Below are positions 29,669-38,840 of a stretch of 64,000 bases of DNA, piece after piece. The stretch is from the IMG/VR virus record IMGVR_UViG_3300026189_001009, positions 32,001-96,000 of that record, one strand, 5' to 3'. The DNA is from a virus. The notes beneath the pieces were generated by a model. The model made no database searches, was not told where the DNA came from, and saw only the letters and a list, made by a program, of their open reading frames with translations. The translations under genes and the position numbers were made by a program. The first letter of the stretch is position 1. Each line of letters begins with the position of its first letter.

Positions 29669-30285
29669 TGAAAGTAAACGAAGTAATTGGTCCTGACGCA
29701 GAAGATTTATATTGGAGAAGTCCAAAATCTGATGACTTATGGGCGTTAGACAAATTAATACTTTCAAAAAAGTTAGGCTACACTTGTGGTCCTGCAGGAA
29801 TTGATGTGCCAAAGCCAGATTATTATATTGTAAGACCTTGTGTAAATGTTTATGGATTAGGACTAGGTGCAAAGAAAATGTATATTAAAGAAACCACAAC
29901 ACATATTAAGCCTGGCTATTTTTGGTGCGAATGGTTTGAAGGTAGACACCTAACAGTGGATTACGAAAAAGGAAAACAAATTAGATGTGTAGAAGGATTC
30001 AAACCCGAAGACACATTGATTAAATGGGACGCTTGGAAAGTTACTGAAGATGAAATGCCGATGCCTGATTTAATTAAAAAAGAATTTGGTGACAAACCAA
30101 AAGTTAATATTGAATTTATTGGTAATAAAGTTATTGAAATGCATTTTAGACACAATGTAGACTTTGAAGGCGATAGAAAAGAATACTTGCCAGTGTGGAA
30201 AGGTCAAAGTACTGAAGCACCAGAAGGATACAAATACATAGATCATCCAGATGTACATGGAAGAATTGGAGCATTTGTTAAATGA
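29668..30285 (+). CDS. Hypothetical protein, ATP-grasp-like
   Basis: YIVRP..N..GLG, WCEWFEG.H.TVD, NIEFIG..IEMH.R. Confidence 0.55.
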   Translation: MKVNEVIGPDAEDLYWRSPKSDDLWALDKLILSKKLGYTCGPAGIDVPKPDYYIVRPCVNVYGLGLGAKKMYIKETTTHIKPGYFWCEWFEGRHLTVDYEKGKQIRCVEGFKPEDTLIKWDAWKVTEDEMPMPDLIKKEFGDKPKVNIEFIGNKVIEMHFRHNVDFEGDRKEYLPVWKGQSTEAPEGYKYIDHPDVHGRIGAFVK

Positions 30286-30584
30286 GAATCAACGAAGTTA
30301 TAAACGAAGACCTAAGAGCCTGGTTTGGCAAAGGCAAAAAAGGTGGAGCCGGTGGCGGCGGTTGGGATCGTTACAATACTAAAGGAGAACGTATTGGTAA
30401 ATGCGGTGATTCAAAACCTGGAGAAGGTAAACCTAAATGCTTATCAAAATCAAGAGCGGCAAGTTTAAGAGCTAAAGGCGGCAAGAAAGCAATAGCTCAA
30501 GCAGTAAACAGAAAACGTAGAAAAGATTCAAACCCTGATAGAAAAGGAAAAGCTAAAAACGTTAGCAATAAGTATAAGAAATGA
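30282..30584 (+). CDS. Basic Gly/Lys-rich phage protein
   Basis: MRINEVINE leader; EDLRAWF...KPKC. Confidence 0.7.
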   Translation: MRINEVINEDLRAWFGKGKKGGAGGGGWDRYNTKGERIGKCGDSKPGEGKPKCLSKSRAASLRAKGGKKAIAQAVNRKRRKDSNPDRKGKAKNVSNKYKK

Positions 30585-31186
30585 AATTAAAAATCTTTAA
30601 CGCAAGTCTGTCACCTACAAAAGAATCCAATACTCAAGCACTAGTGGATTTAGTGACTCAAACTATGAGTGGGCTTGGAGTTACTATTGATGTAGTATAC
30701 TTAAAAGATTTAAAATTTGAACATACAATTAAAAATGTAAAAGATGATCTTACACCACACTTAATTGATATTGTAAAAAATTGCGACATGGTTGCAATAG
30801 CAACACCAATTTGGTGGGGAACACAAAGTTCTTTAGCACAAGGCTTGATCGAAAGATTTGACCCAATTGACACTTGGGGGCAAGATAATGATTATTATGC
30901 TTTATATAATAAAGTGTTTGGATCAATTGTATCTGGTGGCGGAGATGGCTTCCAGCACATTCATGGTAACTTGTTTAACATGGCTACCAATATGGGATTT
31001 ACAGTACCACCTACTTGTAATTTAGAAATTGCAACACAAGGTAGAGAAGAAATAATGAAAGACCAAGATGCAAAAAAATGGGTTAACATATGGTGCAGAA
31101 ATATGGTAACATGGGCAACTATTCTAAAAAAAGCTAACCCGAGCAAATACGTTCAAGAGAATACAGATAGACCAAAGTATATTTAA
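30581..31186 (+). CDS. Flavodoxin-like NAD(P)H-dependent FMN reductase family protein
   Basis: NASL....SNT, ATPIWWG, IERFD, SGGGDG. Confidence 0.85.
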   Translation: MKLKIFNASLSPTKESNTQALVDLVTQTMSGLGVTIDVVYLKDLKFEHTIKNVKDDLTPHLIDIVKNCDMVAIATPIWWGTQSSLAQGLIERFDPIDTWGQDNDYYALYNKVFGSIVSGGGDGFQHIHGNLFNMATNMGFTVPPTCNLEIATQGREEIMKDQDAKKWVNIWCRNMVTWATILKKANPSKYVQENTDRPKYI

Positions 31187-31187
31187 A

Positions 31188-31844
31188 ATGAGATATGCAG
31201 AACTAACAGAAGAGTGGAGCAAAAAATATAAAAGCTCAATTAATTGTAATAACCCAAAAGGGTTTTCACAAAAAGCTCACTGTGCCGGCAAGAAAAAAAA
31301 TGAATCAGTAGAAGGAACAATTACAGATCAAGATTTACAACAACTTGAAACTTATGCTGATAGGTTGTTTGCTTCACTAGGCATTGATGTAGAATTTTCA
31401 AAACATTTTAAAGACAGAGTAAATGATCCGAGAAATACAAAGCCAATCACAATGGCAGAGCTAACAAGATTATTCAAACAAATATATAAACAACACGGCA
31501 AACCAATTGCACAATTAGGTCCGGACGCAGAAGCAGTGATGAAAGATATGCGAACAGATGTAAACATTCCTTTCGCTCTGCAATGGGATGGTAAAGAATT
31601 AGATCTTGTTGCAAAAACAATTATGCGTAAACCAAATTTCTCAACACCTAACCAGGAGTTTGCAGTAGAAAACTTTGCTGATGGTAAAGTTAAAGGTAAG
31701 TCACGTCCTGGTAGAGTAAAACGTGCAGGTGCAAGTTGTAAAGGATCAGTAACAAGTTTAAGAGCAAAAGCAAAAAAGGCATCAGGTGAGAAAGCAAAAA
31801 TGTATCACTGGTGTGCTAATATGAAGGGTGGCAAGAAGAAATAA
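31188..31844 (+). CDS. Modular phage protein with basic Cys/His terminal modules
   Basis: MRYAELTEE leader; INCNNPKGFSQKAHC; HWCANMK. Confidence 0.7.
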   Translation: MRYAELTEEWSKKYKSSINCNNPKGFSQKAHCAGKKKNESVEGTITDQDLQQLETYADRLFASLGIDVEFSKHFKDRVNDPRNTKPITMAELTRLFKQIYKQHGKPIAQLGPDAEAVMKDMRTDVNIPFALQWDGKELDLVAKTIMRKPNFSTPNQEFAVENFADGKVKGKSRPGRVKRAGASCKGSVTSLRAKAKKASGEKAKMYHWCANMKGGKKK

Positions 31845-31852
31845 ATAATATT

Positions 31853-32242
31853 ATGAAATTAGATGACTTATTAGCACAATCAAACAAATCAATTGAAATC
31901 ACATTAGAAGATGATCAAGACTTCCATGAAGAGTTTGGTTATTTAGGATATCCAGAAGAAGAAATATGGGAAGCTGAATATCAAGGTAGAAAAGTTCCAT
32001 TAAACAAACCAATGCGTGGTGATGTTAAGAAATTTAAAGTTTATGTAAAAGATCCTAAAACAGGAAATGTTAAAAAAGTAAACTTTGGCCATGGCGGTAC
32101 TAGTGCTAAAAAGGCTGGACAGAAAACAATGAGAATTAAGGTTTCAAATCCAGAACGTAGAAGAAATTTTCGAGCAAGACACAATTGTAAAAACCCAGGA
32201 CCTAAAACAAAAGCAAGGTACTGGAGTTGTAAGGCCTGGTAA
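31853..32242 (+). CDS. Phage protein with acidic leader and basic C-terminal domain
   Basis: EAEYQGRKV...FRARHNC...ARYWSC; TAAATA-5nt-ATG. Confidence 0.72.
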   Translation: MKLDDLLAQSNKSIEITLEDDQDFHEEFGYLGYPEEEIWEAEYQGRKVPLNKPMRGDVKKFKVYVKDPKTGNVKKVNFGHGGTSAKKAGQKTMRIKVSNPERRRNFRARHNCKNPGPKTKARYWSCKAW

Positions 32243-32455
32243 ATGATTAGGTTTATTAAATGGCTGTTTCAACCATCTGAGTATGAGTTAACAATTGAAC
32301 ACTTAGGTACTGTTAAAAAGTACCATATCAAAAAGATTTATAGCCTATCAACAAATAGTGCTTCATTTAAAACAATGGATGATGAGAAGCACACATTAAA
32401 AAGCTCAGGTAAGATGAGCTGGGAGCTAAGGAAAATTAAACATGAAAGAAATTAA
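32243..32455 (+). CDS. Hypothetical protein
   Basis: Abuts the previous stop. Confidence 0.55.
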   Translation: MIRFIKWLFQPSEYELTIEHLGTVKKYHIKKIYSLSTNSASFKTMDDEKHTLKSSGKMSWELRKIKHERN

Positions 32456-32642
32456 TTTATACGAAAAAGCAGATAAAGTAATTACTCTTAAGTCTGATCA
32501 AGTTATTCAAGCATTAGCAAATTATCTAGCTGATAATAATATGATTGATCAATTTGAAACAGATGGAACAATGGTTTACAAAATGAACAATGATGCAAGT
32601 ATCACAATTGAATTAGATTTTGATACGCCAACTGTTCAGTAA
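32442..32642 (+). CDS. Hypothetical protein
   Basis: AAGGA RBS; overlaps the previous gene. Confidence 0.55.
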   Translation: MKEINLYEKADKVITLKSDQVIQALANYLADNNMIDQFETDGTMVYKMNNDASITIELDFDTPTVQ

Positions 32643-32654
32643 TAAATAATTTTT

Positions 32655-33140
32655 ATGCGTTACAGTCAACTAACAGAATCTATGTCATTTAATGCAGGTC
32701 ATTTAGAAAAAAGACCTGACGGCAATGTTTGGACAGGAGATGTTGACTCAGGTGATAGATATCATCCAGATGTATACAAAGCAGACTATCCATATGATGC
32801 AGATCCTAAACCAAACCCAAATTATAAGCCTGAATTAGATTTAACACTATCAAATGCAAATATGCGTGATGTGTTTGCTGAATTAGGCTATCCAACAGAT
32901 TTAGAAGAACAATCACCTTTTCCAATAGATGAATTTATAGCAAAAACCACACAATGGTTACAAAAGCACATAGATAAGCGATCAAAGGAAGAACCTACTA
33001 CAGTTGATAAAAATCCAAATGGTCCTACTATGATAAGAGGTGGTAAGCCAGAAGGTTATTATAATCAAGCTATAATGCAAATGAATTCTATTGCTAGAAC
33101 AGGTAAGCAAAATGGAGCGACCCATGTATGGGCTTCTTAG
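32655..33140 (+). CDS. Hypothetical late protein
   Basis: TAAATA-6nt-ATG; MRYSQLTES leader. Confidence 0.7.
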   Translation: MRYSQLTESMSFNAGHLEKRPDGNVWTGDVDSGDRYHPDVYKADYPYDADPKPNPNYKPELDLTLSNANMRDVFAELGYPTDLEEQSPFPIDEFIAKTTQWLQKHIDKRSKEEPTTVDKNPNGPTMIRGGKPEGYYNQAIMQMNSIARTGKQNGATHVWAS

Positions 33141-33152
33141 GTAAATATTGTT

Positions 33153-34718
33153 ATGAAACTTACTAAAATATTTGAATCAAAGAAACCAGAACCTAATAAA
33201 CAGAATCCTGTAGCAAAAGCTATGGTTCAAGATCCACAATTCAAATCAAAAGTAGTAGCTGATAAAAAGAAAAAGTCAAAAGCTGGTTATGTAAAACATA
33301 AAGGCAAGATTGAAGAAGTATCAAGTATGGGCATGAACAAATATGGCCTTGCCGCGAAAAATGTAGGCGGTAAATTTTATTCTTATAAAGACGGAAAAGA
33401 AACTGGTGTGTTTGATTCTATGGAAGAATTAAAAAAACATCAATTAGAATTAATACAAGACGAACCAGTTGATGAAGCATTCAACTCAGAATATGATGAA
33501 GTTAAAGCAATACTAGACAAACATGGTATTAAAAACTCAGATGATATCGAATATGGTTCAGATGTTTATGATGAGTTATATGATTACTTTGCAACCTCAG
33601 GTGAAATGCCATATGGTGTACAAAAGGCTAGAACTGGTATGCCAGATGAATGGATTGCAGATAGACTTGATGATTTAGGTTTAGTAGAATCAAAACAAAA
33701 ACCTTATGTGTCAATGTACAGAGAAGTAGATCCATTAACACAAAAAAATAAAATGGTTTATGATGTTTTAGATAACCAAGGTAAGTCAGTACACAAGACA
33801 CATGACGAAGCTGAAGCAATGAAATGGTTTAAAGACAACTATGATAGATTAAAAATGGAAGCATCAGGTTATGAAGGACAAGCAGAACCAACACATCACA
33901 TTTTTAAAAATGCTGACATACAAAAAATTGCTGACATTATCAAACAAAAAGATTTAAAAGCATACCCTGAAAAAACAGACGATGGTGTTAAAGTTCACAC
34001 ATATAATACTGATAGAAAATCAGTTGCACAAGAATTAGAACTAACAGATTCAGTTGATCCTCTAAGAAGCGATCAAGGTGCTAAAGAAGAATTAGCTAAA
34101 GAAATTTATAATAACAGTGAAGAATATCAAACCGAGTATGAAGACTGGGAAGCATTTATGAACTCAGATGATTTTGAAGAAGAGAACATGAGATTAAGAA
34201 GTAAATTTGAACAGCAACCAGAACCAGAATTAACAGCTGATGATCATGAAGATGATGATGTTCCAGCTTTTCTAAAAAAATATCACGACAAAGAAAAAGA
34301 ATTAAACCATATGCGTAAACTCGCAGGTATGTCAACAGCATCAACTAATGAAGACTATGCTAGAATGACACAAGATTTAATTATTAAGTTAGTAAAACAA
34401 GGTAAGTCAAATGATGAAATTCAACAAGCAACAGGTGAAGCTGGTGTTAGGATTGATGCAATCAGAAAAAGCGTTGAACAAGAACAACCTAAAGAAGCAA
34501 CTAACGATCTTGCAAAAAGTTTAAATCCATTAAAAGGTGCAGTAGGCTCCAAGCAATCAACACAGATGACTGCTAAAGGATTCGACACAATAGCAAAAGG
34601 TGAAAGACCAACACCGCAACAAACAAAAGCTATGGAACCTTTTATGAGTAAAATAGCAAAAGCTATCACAGACCCATCTACTCAAGCACAGATGAGAAAC
34701 GTAATTAAGAAGGTCTAG
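33153..34718 (+). CDS. Acidic modular late protein, putative internal head protein
   Basis: TAAATA-5nt-ATG; MKLTKIFES leader; internal MRKLAGM motif. Confidence 0.7.
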   Translation: MKLTKIFESKKPEPNKQNPVAKAMVQDPQFKSKVVADKKKKSKAGYVKHKGKIEEVSSMGMNKYGLAAKNVGGKFYSYKDGKETGVFDSMEELKKHQLELIQDEPVDEAFNSEYDEVKAILDKHGIKNSDDIEYGSDVYDELYDYFATSGEMPYGVQKARTGMPDEWIADRLDDLGLVESKQKPYVSMYREVDPLTQKNKMVYDVLDNQGKSVHKTHDEAEAMKWFKDNYDRLKMEASGYEGQAEPTHHIFKNADIQKIADIIKQKDLKAYPEKTDDGVKVHTYNTDRKSVAQELELTDSVDPLRSDQGAKEELAKEIYNNSEEYQTEYEDWEAFMNSDDFEEENMRLRSKFEQQPEPELTADDHEDDDVPAFLKKYHDKEKELNHMRKLAGMSTASTNEDYARMTQDLIIKLVKQGKSNDEIQQATGEAGVRIDAIRKSVEQEQPKEATNDLAKSLNPLKGAVGSKQSTQMTAKGFDTIAKGERPTPQQTKAMEPFMSKIAKAITDPSTQAQMRNVIKKV

Positions 34719-34720
34719 AC

Positions 34721-35371
34721 ATGGACCTGGAACGTTTAAAATATCTAGCAGGTATAACAGGTAATACAGCAAATACTATTCCTATGAAAAGTATTGAGCA
34801 AGAGATACACGAACGTAGACGTGAAGCAATGAAAAATGTAATGCGAGAAGAACCAGCTGAAAAAGTTACACTTGAAGCCTTGCCTTACAGTTTAGATGCA
34901 CTAGAACCAGTATTATCAAAAGAAAATGTTGACTATCACTATAATACATTATCAAATGGTTATGTGACGAGATACAACAACAAAGAAGGTGATCCTAAAT
35001 TTAATTACGGTGGTGCTAAATTGCACAATCTTTTTTGGCAACAGCTTAAACCTGCCAATGAAACTTCAGAATTAGATGGTCCAATTGCACAAACTATAGA
35101 AGCAAACTTTGGAAACATTGAAGGTTTAAAAGATGCACTAGTAGAACAAGCAAAAACAATACAAGGATCAGGTTGGGTTTATATGACAGCAACAGGTACA
35201 ATAAAGACTACACCTAATCAAACATGGCAACCTGATGTAGTAATGCCAATTGATATGTGGGAACACAGCTTCACAGACTATATACCAGACCCTGATGCTA
35301 AAACTAAATACATAAAAGGCGTTGTTGATTTAATTAATTGGGATGCCATTAATAGAAGGATTGAAGTATGA
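34721..35371 (+). CDS. sod: Fe/Mn superoxide dismutase with N-terminal extension
   Basis: LPYSLDALEP, YH, LHNLFW, GSGW, DMWEHS (H, H, D, H ligands present). Confidence 0.9.
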   Translation: MDLERLKYLAGITGNTANTIPMKSIEQEIHERRREAMKNVMREEPAEKVTLEALPYSLDALEPVLSKENVDYHYNTLSNGYVTRYNNKEGDPKFNYGGAKLHNLFWQQLKPANETSELDGPIAQTIEANFGNIEGLKDALVEQAKTIQGSGWVYMTATGTIKTTPNQTWQPDVVMPIDMWEHSFTDYIPDPDAKTKYIKGVVDLINWDAINRRIEV

Positions 35372-35682
35372 GACTAGCTGAAATATTTGAAAACGACAGA
35401 CGTGACTTTATGAAACGTATGGGTAAAACAGCAGTTGCAGGAGCTGGAGCATTGGCGCTGGGCTCAATACCAACTAATGCTTGGCCAAATGAATTACCAA
35501 GTGACTTTAATTTTATGGATCAGTTTTTAAGCGATAAAGTATTGAATGATCCAAAATACAAAGAGTTTAAAGATGTAGGTAAGCAATTACTAGATATGAT
35601 GAAAGATATTGAAAACAAAAAGAAAGAAAAAGAATTACAAAAAACAATTGATCAAAATAAAGACAAGGCTATAGAAGTATAA
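35368..35682 (+). CDS. Small protein with twin-arginine-like motif
   Basis: MRLAEIFE-NDRRDFMK followed by a hydrophobic stretch. Confidence 0.65.
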   Translation: MRLAEIFENDRRDFMKRMGKTAVAGAGALALGSIPTNAWPNELPSDFNFMDQFLSDKVLNDPKYKEFKDVGKQLLDMMKDIENKKKEKELQKTIDQNKDKAIEV

Positions 35683-35945
35683 TGTTAATAGCAGAAATAT
35701 ATAATGTACCAGTTAAAGAATCAGCATCAGCAGGTGCCACTTCGTCAGCAATGATGGCATCAATTGCTATGCCAATGTTCACAGGAAGAAAAGGAACAGC
35801 TCATCATGTAGCGGCTAGAAGAGCAATAGATCCTATGGGACATATATTCAAAGGTAAAAAGCTAAAGCAAAAGCCATATAAAATGGGATATAGCCCAGAC
35901 ACCTTAGCATACAGAACAAAAGTTAAAGATATATACCCATCATAG
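35682..35945 (+). CDS. Hypothetical protein
   Basis: MLIAEI...ESASAGATSS. Confidence 0.6.
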   Translation: MLIAEIYNVPVKESASAGATSSAMMASIAMPMFTGRKGTAHHVAARRAIDPMGHIFKGKKLKQKPYKMGYSPDTLAYRTKVKDIYPS

Positions 35946-35959
35946 CACTAGGAGTTGTA

Positions 35960-36595
35960 GTGACACTAAACATTAAATCAAATAAAGTTATCGCAAGAGG
36001 TTGGATAACGTCCAACGAAATGGACCATGTCCTTGCCTGGATGACAAAAGAAACTGGATCAATATTTGAATCTGGATCGGCTAATGGAAGATTGTTTAGC
36101 TATCTTCATCATTTCAAACCTCACTGGAAATACACAGCACTAGATAATTGGGATGGAAAAACACATCTGCTTCATGATTATGAAAAAGAATACGGTGATA
36201 CAGATAATATATCAACTTATATCACTCATGATATGTTTAAAAAAAACTGTCCATTTGCAACAGATATAAAACAGGATTTTTGGGAATTTGACACAGATGA
36301 AAAGTTTGATGTGGTCAGTATAGGTGCAGTTGGTAGCAGTTGGTCATATGAGGAATGGGAGTACATACTTGAAAAATCTTTAGATATGACAAAACCGGGC
36401 GGTATAACCATAGGACGTAACTATTCTTCTGGTAAGCCATATGCACAAAATATTAGAGATATTGTTGCTAAAAAATACGTAATTCGATCAGAATATGTAG
36501 ATGCTATACTAGAAAAGTATGATATGCATAGAAAATATCAAGCCATACCCAATGATTATGTAGTAGGATCTAGCTTCGCATTCTCTAAAAAATAA
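35960..36595 (+). CDS. Class I SAM-dependent methyltransferase-like protein
   Basis: IFESGSANG, ALDNW, FDVVSI, KPGGI. Confidence 0.7.
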   Translation: MTLNIKSNKVIARGWITSNEMDHVLAWMTKETGSIFESGSANGRLFSYLHHFKPHWKYTALDNWDGKTHLLHDYEKEYGDTDNISTYITHDMFKKNCPFATDIKQDFWEFDTDEKFDVVSIGAVGSSWSYEEWEYILEKSLDMTKPGGITIGRNYSSGKPYAQNIRDIVAKKYVIRSEYVDAILEKYDMHRKYQAIPNDYVVGSSFAFSKK

Positions 36596-36610
36596 ACTAT
36601 AAATACAATT

Positions 36611-36796
36611 ATGTTAATGCAAGATATTATTACAGAAAGACCACTCACAACAGCAGAGTACAAAGAAAGAGAATCTTTGAAGAAAAAGTACGATAAGACA
36701 GATATGAAACAGAATTTCAAGAAGCAGTACGGAGCAGAGGAAGGCGAGCGAGCATATTTTGCCACTATAACAAAACAAGCCAAGGAGAAAGCATAA
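36611..36796 (+). CDS. Small late protein
   Basis: TATAAATA-5nt-ATG; MLMQDIITE leader; YFATITKQA. Confidence 0.65.
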   Translation: MLMQDIITERPLTTAEYKERESLKKKYDKTDMKQNFKKQYGAEEGERAYFATITKQAKEKA

Positions 36797-37119
36797 TGGA
36801 CGATTTAAGAAAATGGAAAAAACTGGCTGAAAATATTAATTTAGACAATGCTTATAATCACATCAGCGATGAAGGTGAGCATGATCACGAAGCTTCAATG
36901 GCACGTGGACAGTTATACCATATTGCCAAAGATGCTATTAAGTTGATTGAAATGATCAAAAAAGGTGACAACCTAGAAGGTTGGGTAGCTTCAAAGATTA
37001 CTAAAGCTAAAGAAAATATTTCAGTAGTGTCTGACTACATGGAATCACAAATGACCGTGAACGCAGAATCAGAAGTTAATAATCACGAGCAACCACAAGA
37101 CCACAACGAATCTAAGTAA
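36796..37119 (+). CDS. Hypothetical phage protein
   Basis: DHEASMARGQL...LEGWVASKITKA. Confidence 0.7.
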   Translation: MDDLRKWKKLAENINLDNAYNHISDEGEHDHEASMARGQLYHIAKDAIKLIEMIKKGDNLEGWVASKITKAKENISVVSDYMESQMTVNAESEVNNHEQPQDHNESK

Positions 37120-37125
37120 TTGGTA

Positions 37126-37154
37126 TTGACTGTTTTCTCAAAGGATTATATAAT
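37126..37154 (+). promoter_or_regulatory. Sigma70-like promoter, probably leaderless
   Basis: TTGACT-17nt-TATAAT, then 6 nt to ATG 37161. Confidence 0.75.
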
Positions 37155-37160
37155 ATATCT

Positions 37161-38144
37161 ATGAGAGTAACTAATGAAAATCTTGACTGTGCTATAGTTT
37201 CATTCTATATACACAATGTTTGTAATTACAGTTGCAGTTATTGTGCTTCTCATCATTATGATGGCTCACATCGATGGCCCACAACTTGGAAACCTTATAC
37301 AGATTTTTTAACTGAAGTTAGGAAACGAAACAAATATGTCTTTATTGAAATATTTGGCGGTGAACCAACACTATGGCCACAGTTTCAAGACTTCATAGAT
37401 ACTGTCAGTGACGACAATACCTTTATTGAAATATCAACAAATGCTTCACGTACTTTAAAGTATTGGGAAAAATTTAAGAGTAATAGATGTTTTATGATGT
37501 TGAGTTGGCATCATGAGTTTGCTGACGATGATCATTTTTTTGAAGTAGCTAATATATTACAACACAAGGCTTCAGTTCACGTACCATTAATGGTAGTGCC
37601 TGAAAATTTTGAAAGAGCGAAAAGACTTTATGAACGATTTGAAAAAAGTAATTTTAAAATTGATTGCCAACCGAAGTTTACTAGGTTAAGTATTGGTGGC
37701 AGTGAATACTTTCCTTACACAACAGAACAAAGGGAATGGATAAACTCTGTAGGATTCTATAGAAGAAAGCCATGGAGTATTGATTGGAAGTTTCCACATC
37801 ATCTTTTGTATGACAATAAATTAGTTTATTGGTCAGATATAGCTAAACACGACCTACACAAATTTAAAGGGTGGACGTGTAATGCAGGAGTCAATCGTTT
37901 CTTTGTTGAACCAGATGGTAACATACAACGATGCAGTAAAAATGTTGGAGGTTCTCTTGGAAACATTTTTAAAGAATACAAACTGCCAGAAAATCCAATT
38001 GTATGTACTGTAGGATCTTGTCCTTGTAAGGTAGATGCTATTGTAGAAAAATGGCAAGACGATATTAAAATTGATAAGAATATTAAGAACTTTTTTAATA
38101 ACACCTATGATACTATTGATGAATATAAATTCTTGACAAAGTAA
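37161..38144 (+). CDS. Radical SAM protein with C-terminal SPASM/twitch-like domain
   Basis: CNYSCSYC, GGEP, CNAG..DG...C..C....CPC. Confidence 0.92.
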   Translation: MRVTNENLDCAIVSFYIHNVCNYSCSYCASHHYDGSHRWPTTWKPYTDFLTEVRKRNKYVFIEIFGGEPTLWPQFQDFIDTVSDDNTFIEISTNASRTLKYWEKFKSNRCFMMLSWHHEFADDDHFFEVANILQHKASVHVPLMVVPENFERAKRLYERFEKSNFKIDCQPKFTRLSIGGSEYFPYTTEQREWINSVGFYRRKPWSIDWKFPHHLLYDNKLVYWSDIAKHDLHKFKGWTCNAGVNRFFVEPDGNIQRCSKNVGGSLGNIFKEYKLPENPIVCTVGSCPCKVDAIVEKWQDDIKIDKNIKNFFNNTYDTIDEYKFLTK

Positions 38145-38161
38145 TGTCAATTTAGTATTAT
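38133..38161 (+). promoter_or_regulatory. Sigma70-like promoter for the tRNA pair
   Basis: TTGACA-17nt-TATTAT. Confidence 0.7.
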
Positions 38162-38183
38162 AATAAGTACTATAAGGAATTAG

Positions 38184-38259
38184 GCTGGTGTAGCTCAGTT
38201 GGTAGAGCAACTGATTTGTAATCAGTAGGTCCGCGGTTCGAGTCCGTGCTCCAGCACCA
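38184..38259 (+). tRNA. tRNA-Thr(TGT)
   Basis: Cloverleaf; ACTGA-TTTGTAA-TCAGT; CCA end; one U-U mismatch in the acceptor stem. Confidence 0.95.
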
Positions 38260-38262
38260 CAT

Positions 38263-38338
38263 TCCTCGGTAGCTCAGTTGGTAGAGCAGTTGACTGTTAA
38301 TCAATTGGTCGCAGGTTCGAGTCCTGCCCGAGGAGCCA
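38263..38338 (+). tRNA. tRNA-Asn(GTT)
   Basis: TCCTCGG/CCGAGGA acceptor, CTGTTAA loop, CCA end. Confidence 0.96.
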
Positions 38339-38360
38339 CGTAATAAAGAAAAAGAAAAAT

Positions 38361-38810
38361 ATGAGTAACACTTTAAATATATTATATGCGAGTATGTGGG
38401 GCAATGCAGAAGACCTTGCGTATGAGCTAAAAGAAATTGCCGAAAATAAGCAATACAAAGTAAACATCAATGAACTCGACGATATATCTATGGAGCAACT
38501 AAAAGATATGAAACGAGTAGCTATTATTACATCAACAACAGGCCATGGTGATATGCCAAAGAACGGTGAAGAATTTTGGGAATCATTATCCACAAGTAAA
38601 GAATTAGACCTTTCAAATGTTCAATACAGTGTATTAGCATTAGGTGACTCCAGTCATGAACTGTTTTGTAATGCAGGTAGACAAGTTGACGAACAAATGG
38701 TAAGACTTGGTGCTAGAAGAATACTTGACAGAACTGAATGTGATGGAGATACAACAGGCTTTGATGAATGGTCAAGTAAATTATTACAATCAAATACATT
38801 TCAAGATTAA
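38361..38810 (+). CDS. Flavodoxin
   Basis: YASMWGNAE, TSTTGHGDMP, LALGDS..FC. Confidence 0.92.
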   Translation: MSNTLNILYASMWGNAEDLAYELKEIAENKQYKVNINELDDISMEQLKDMKRVAIITSTTGHGDMPKNGEEFWESLSTSKELDLSNVQYSVLALGDSSHELFCNAGRQVDEQMVRLGARRILDRTECDGDTTGFDEWSSKLLQSNTFQD

Positions 38811-38840
38811 TACAAATCACGTCTGTTAAATAATAACAGT

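Noticed and set aside
38184-38259. U6-U67 mismatch in tRNA-Thr as a sign of a pseudo-tRNA
   Set aside because: It is a single mismatch; the other arms, the CCA end and the promoter are intact.
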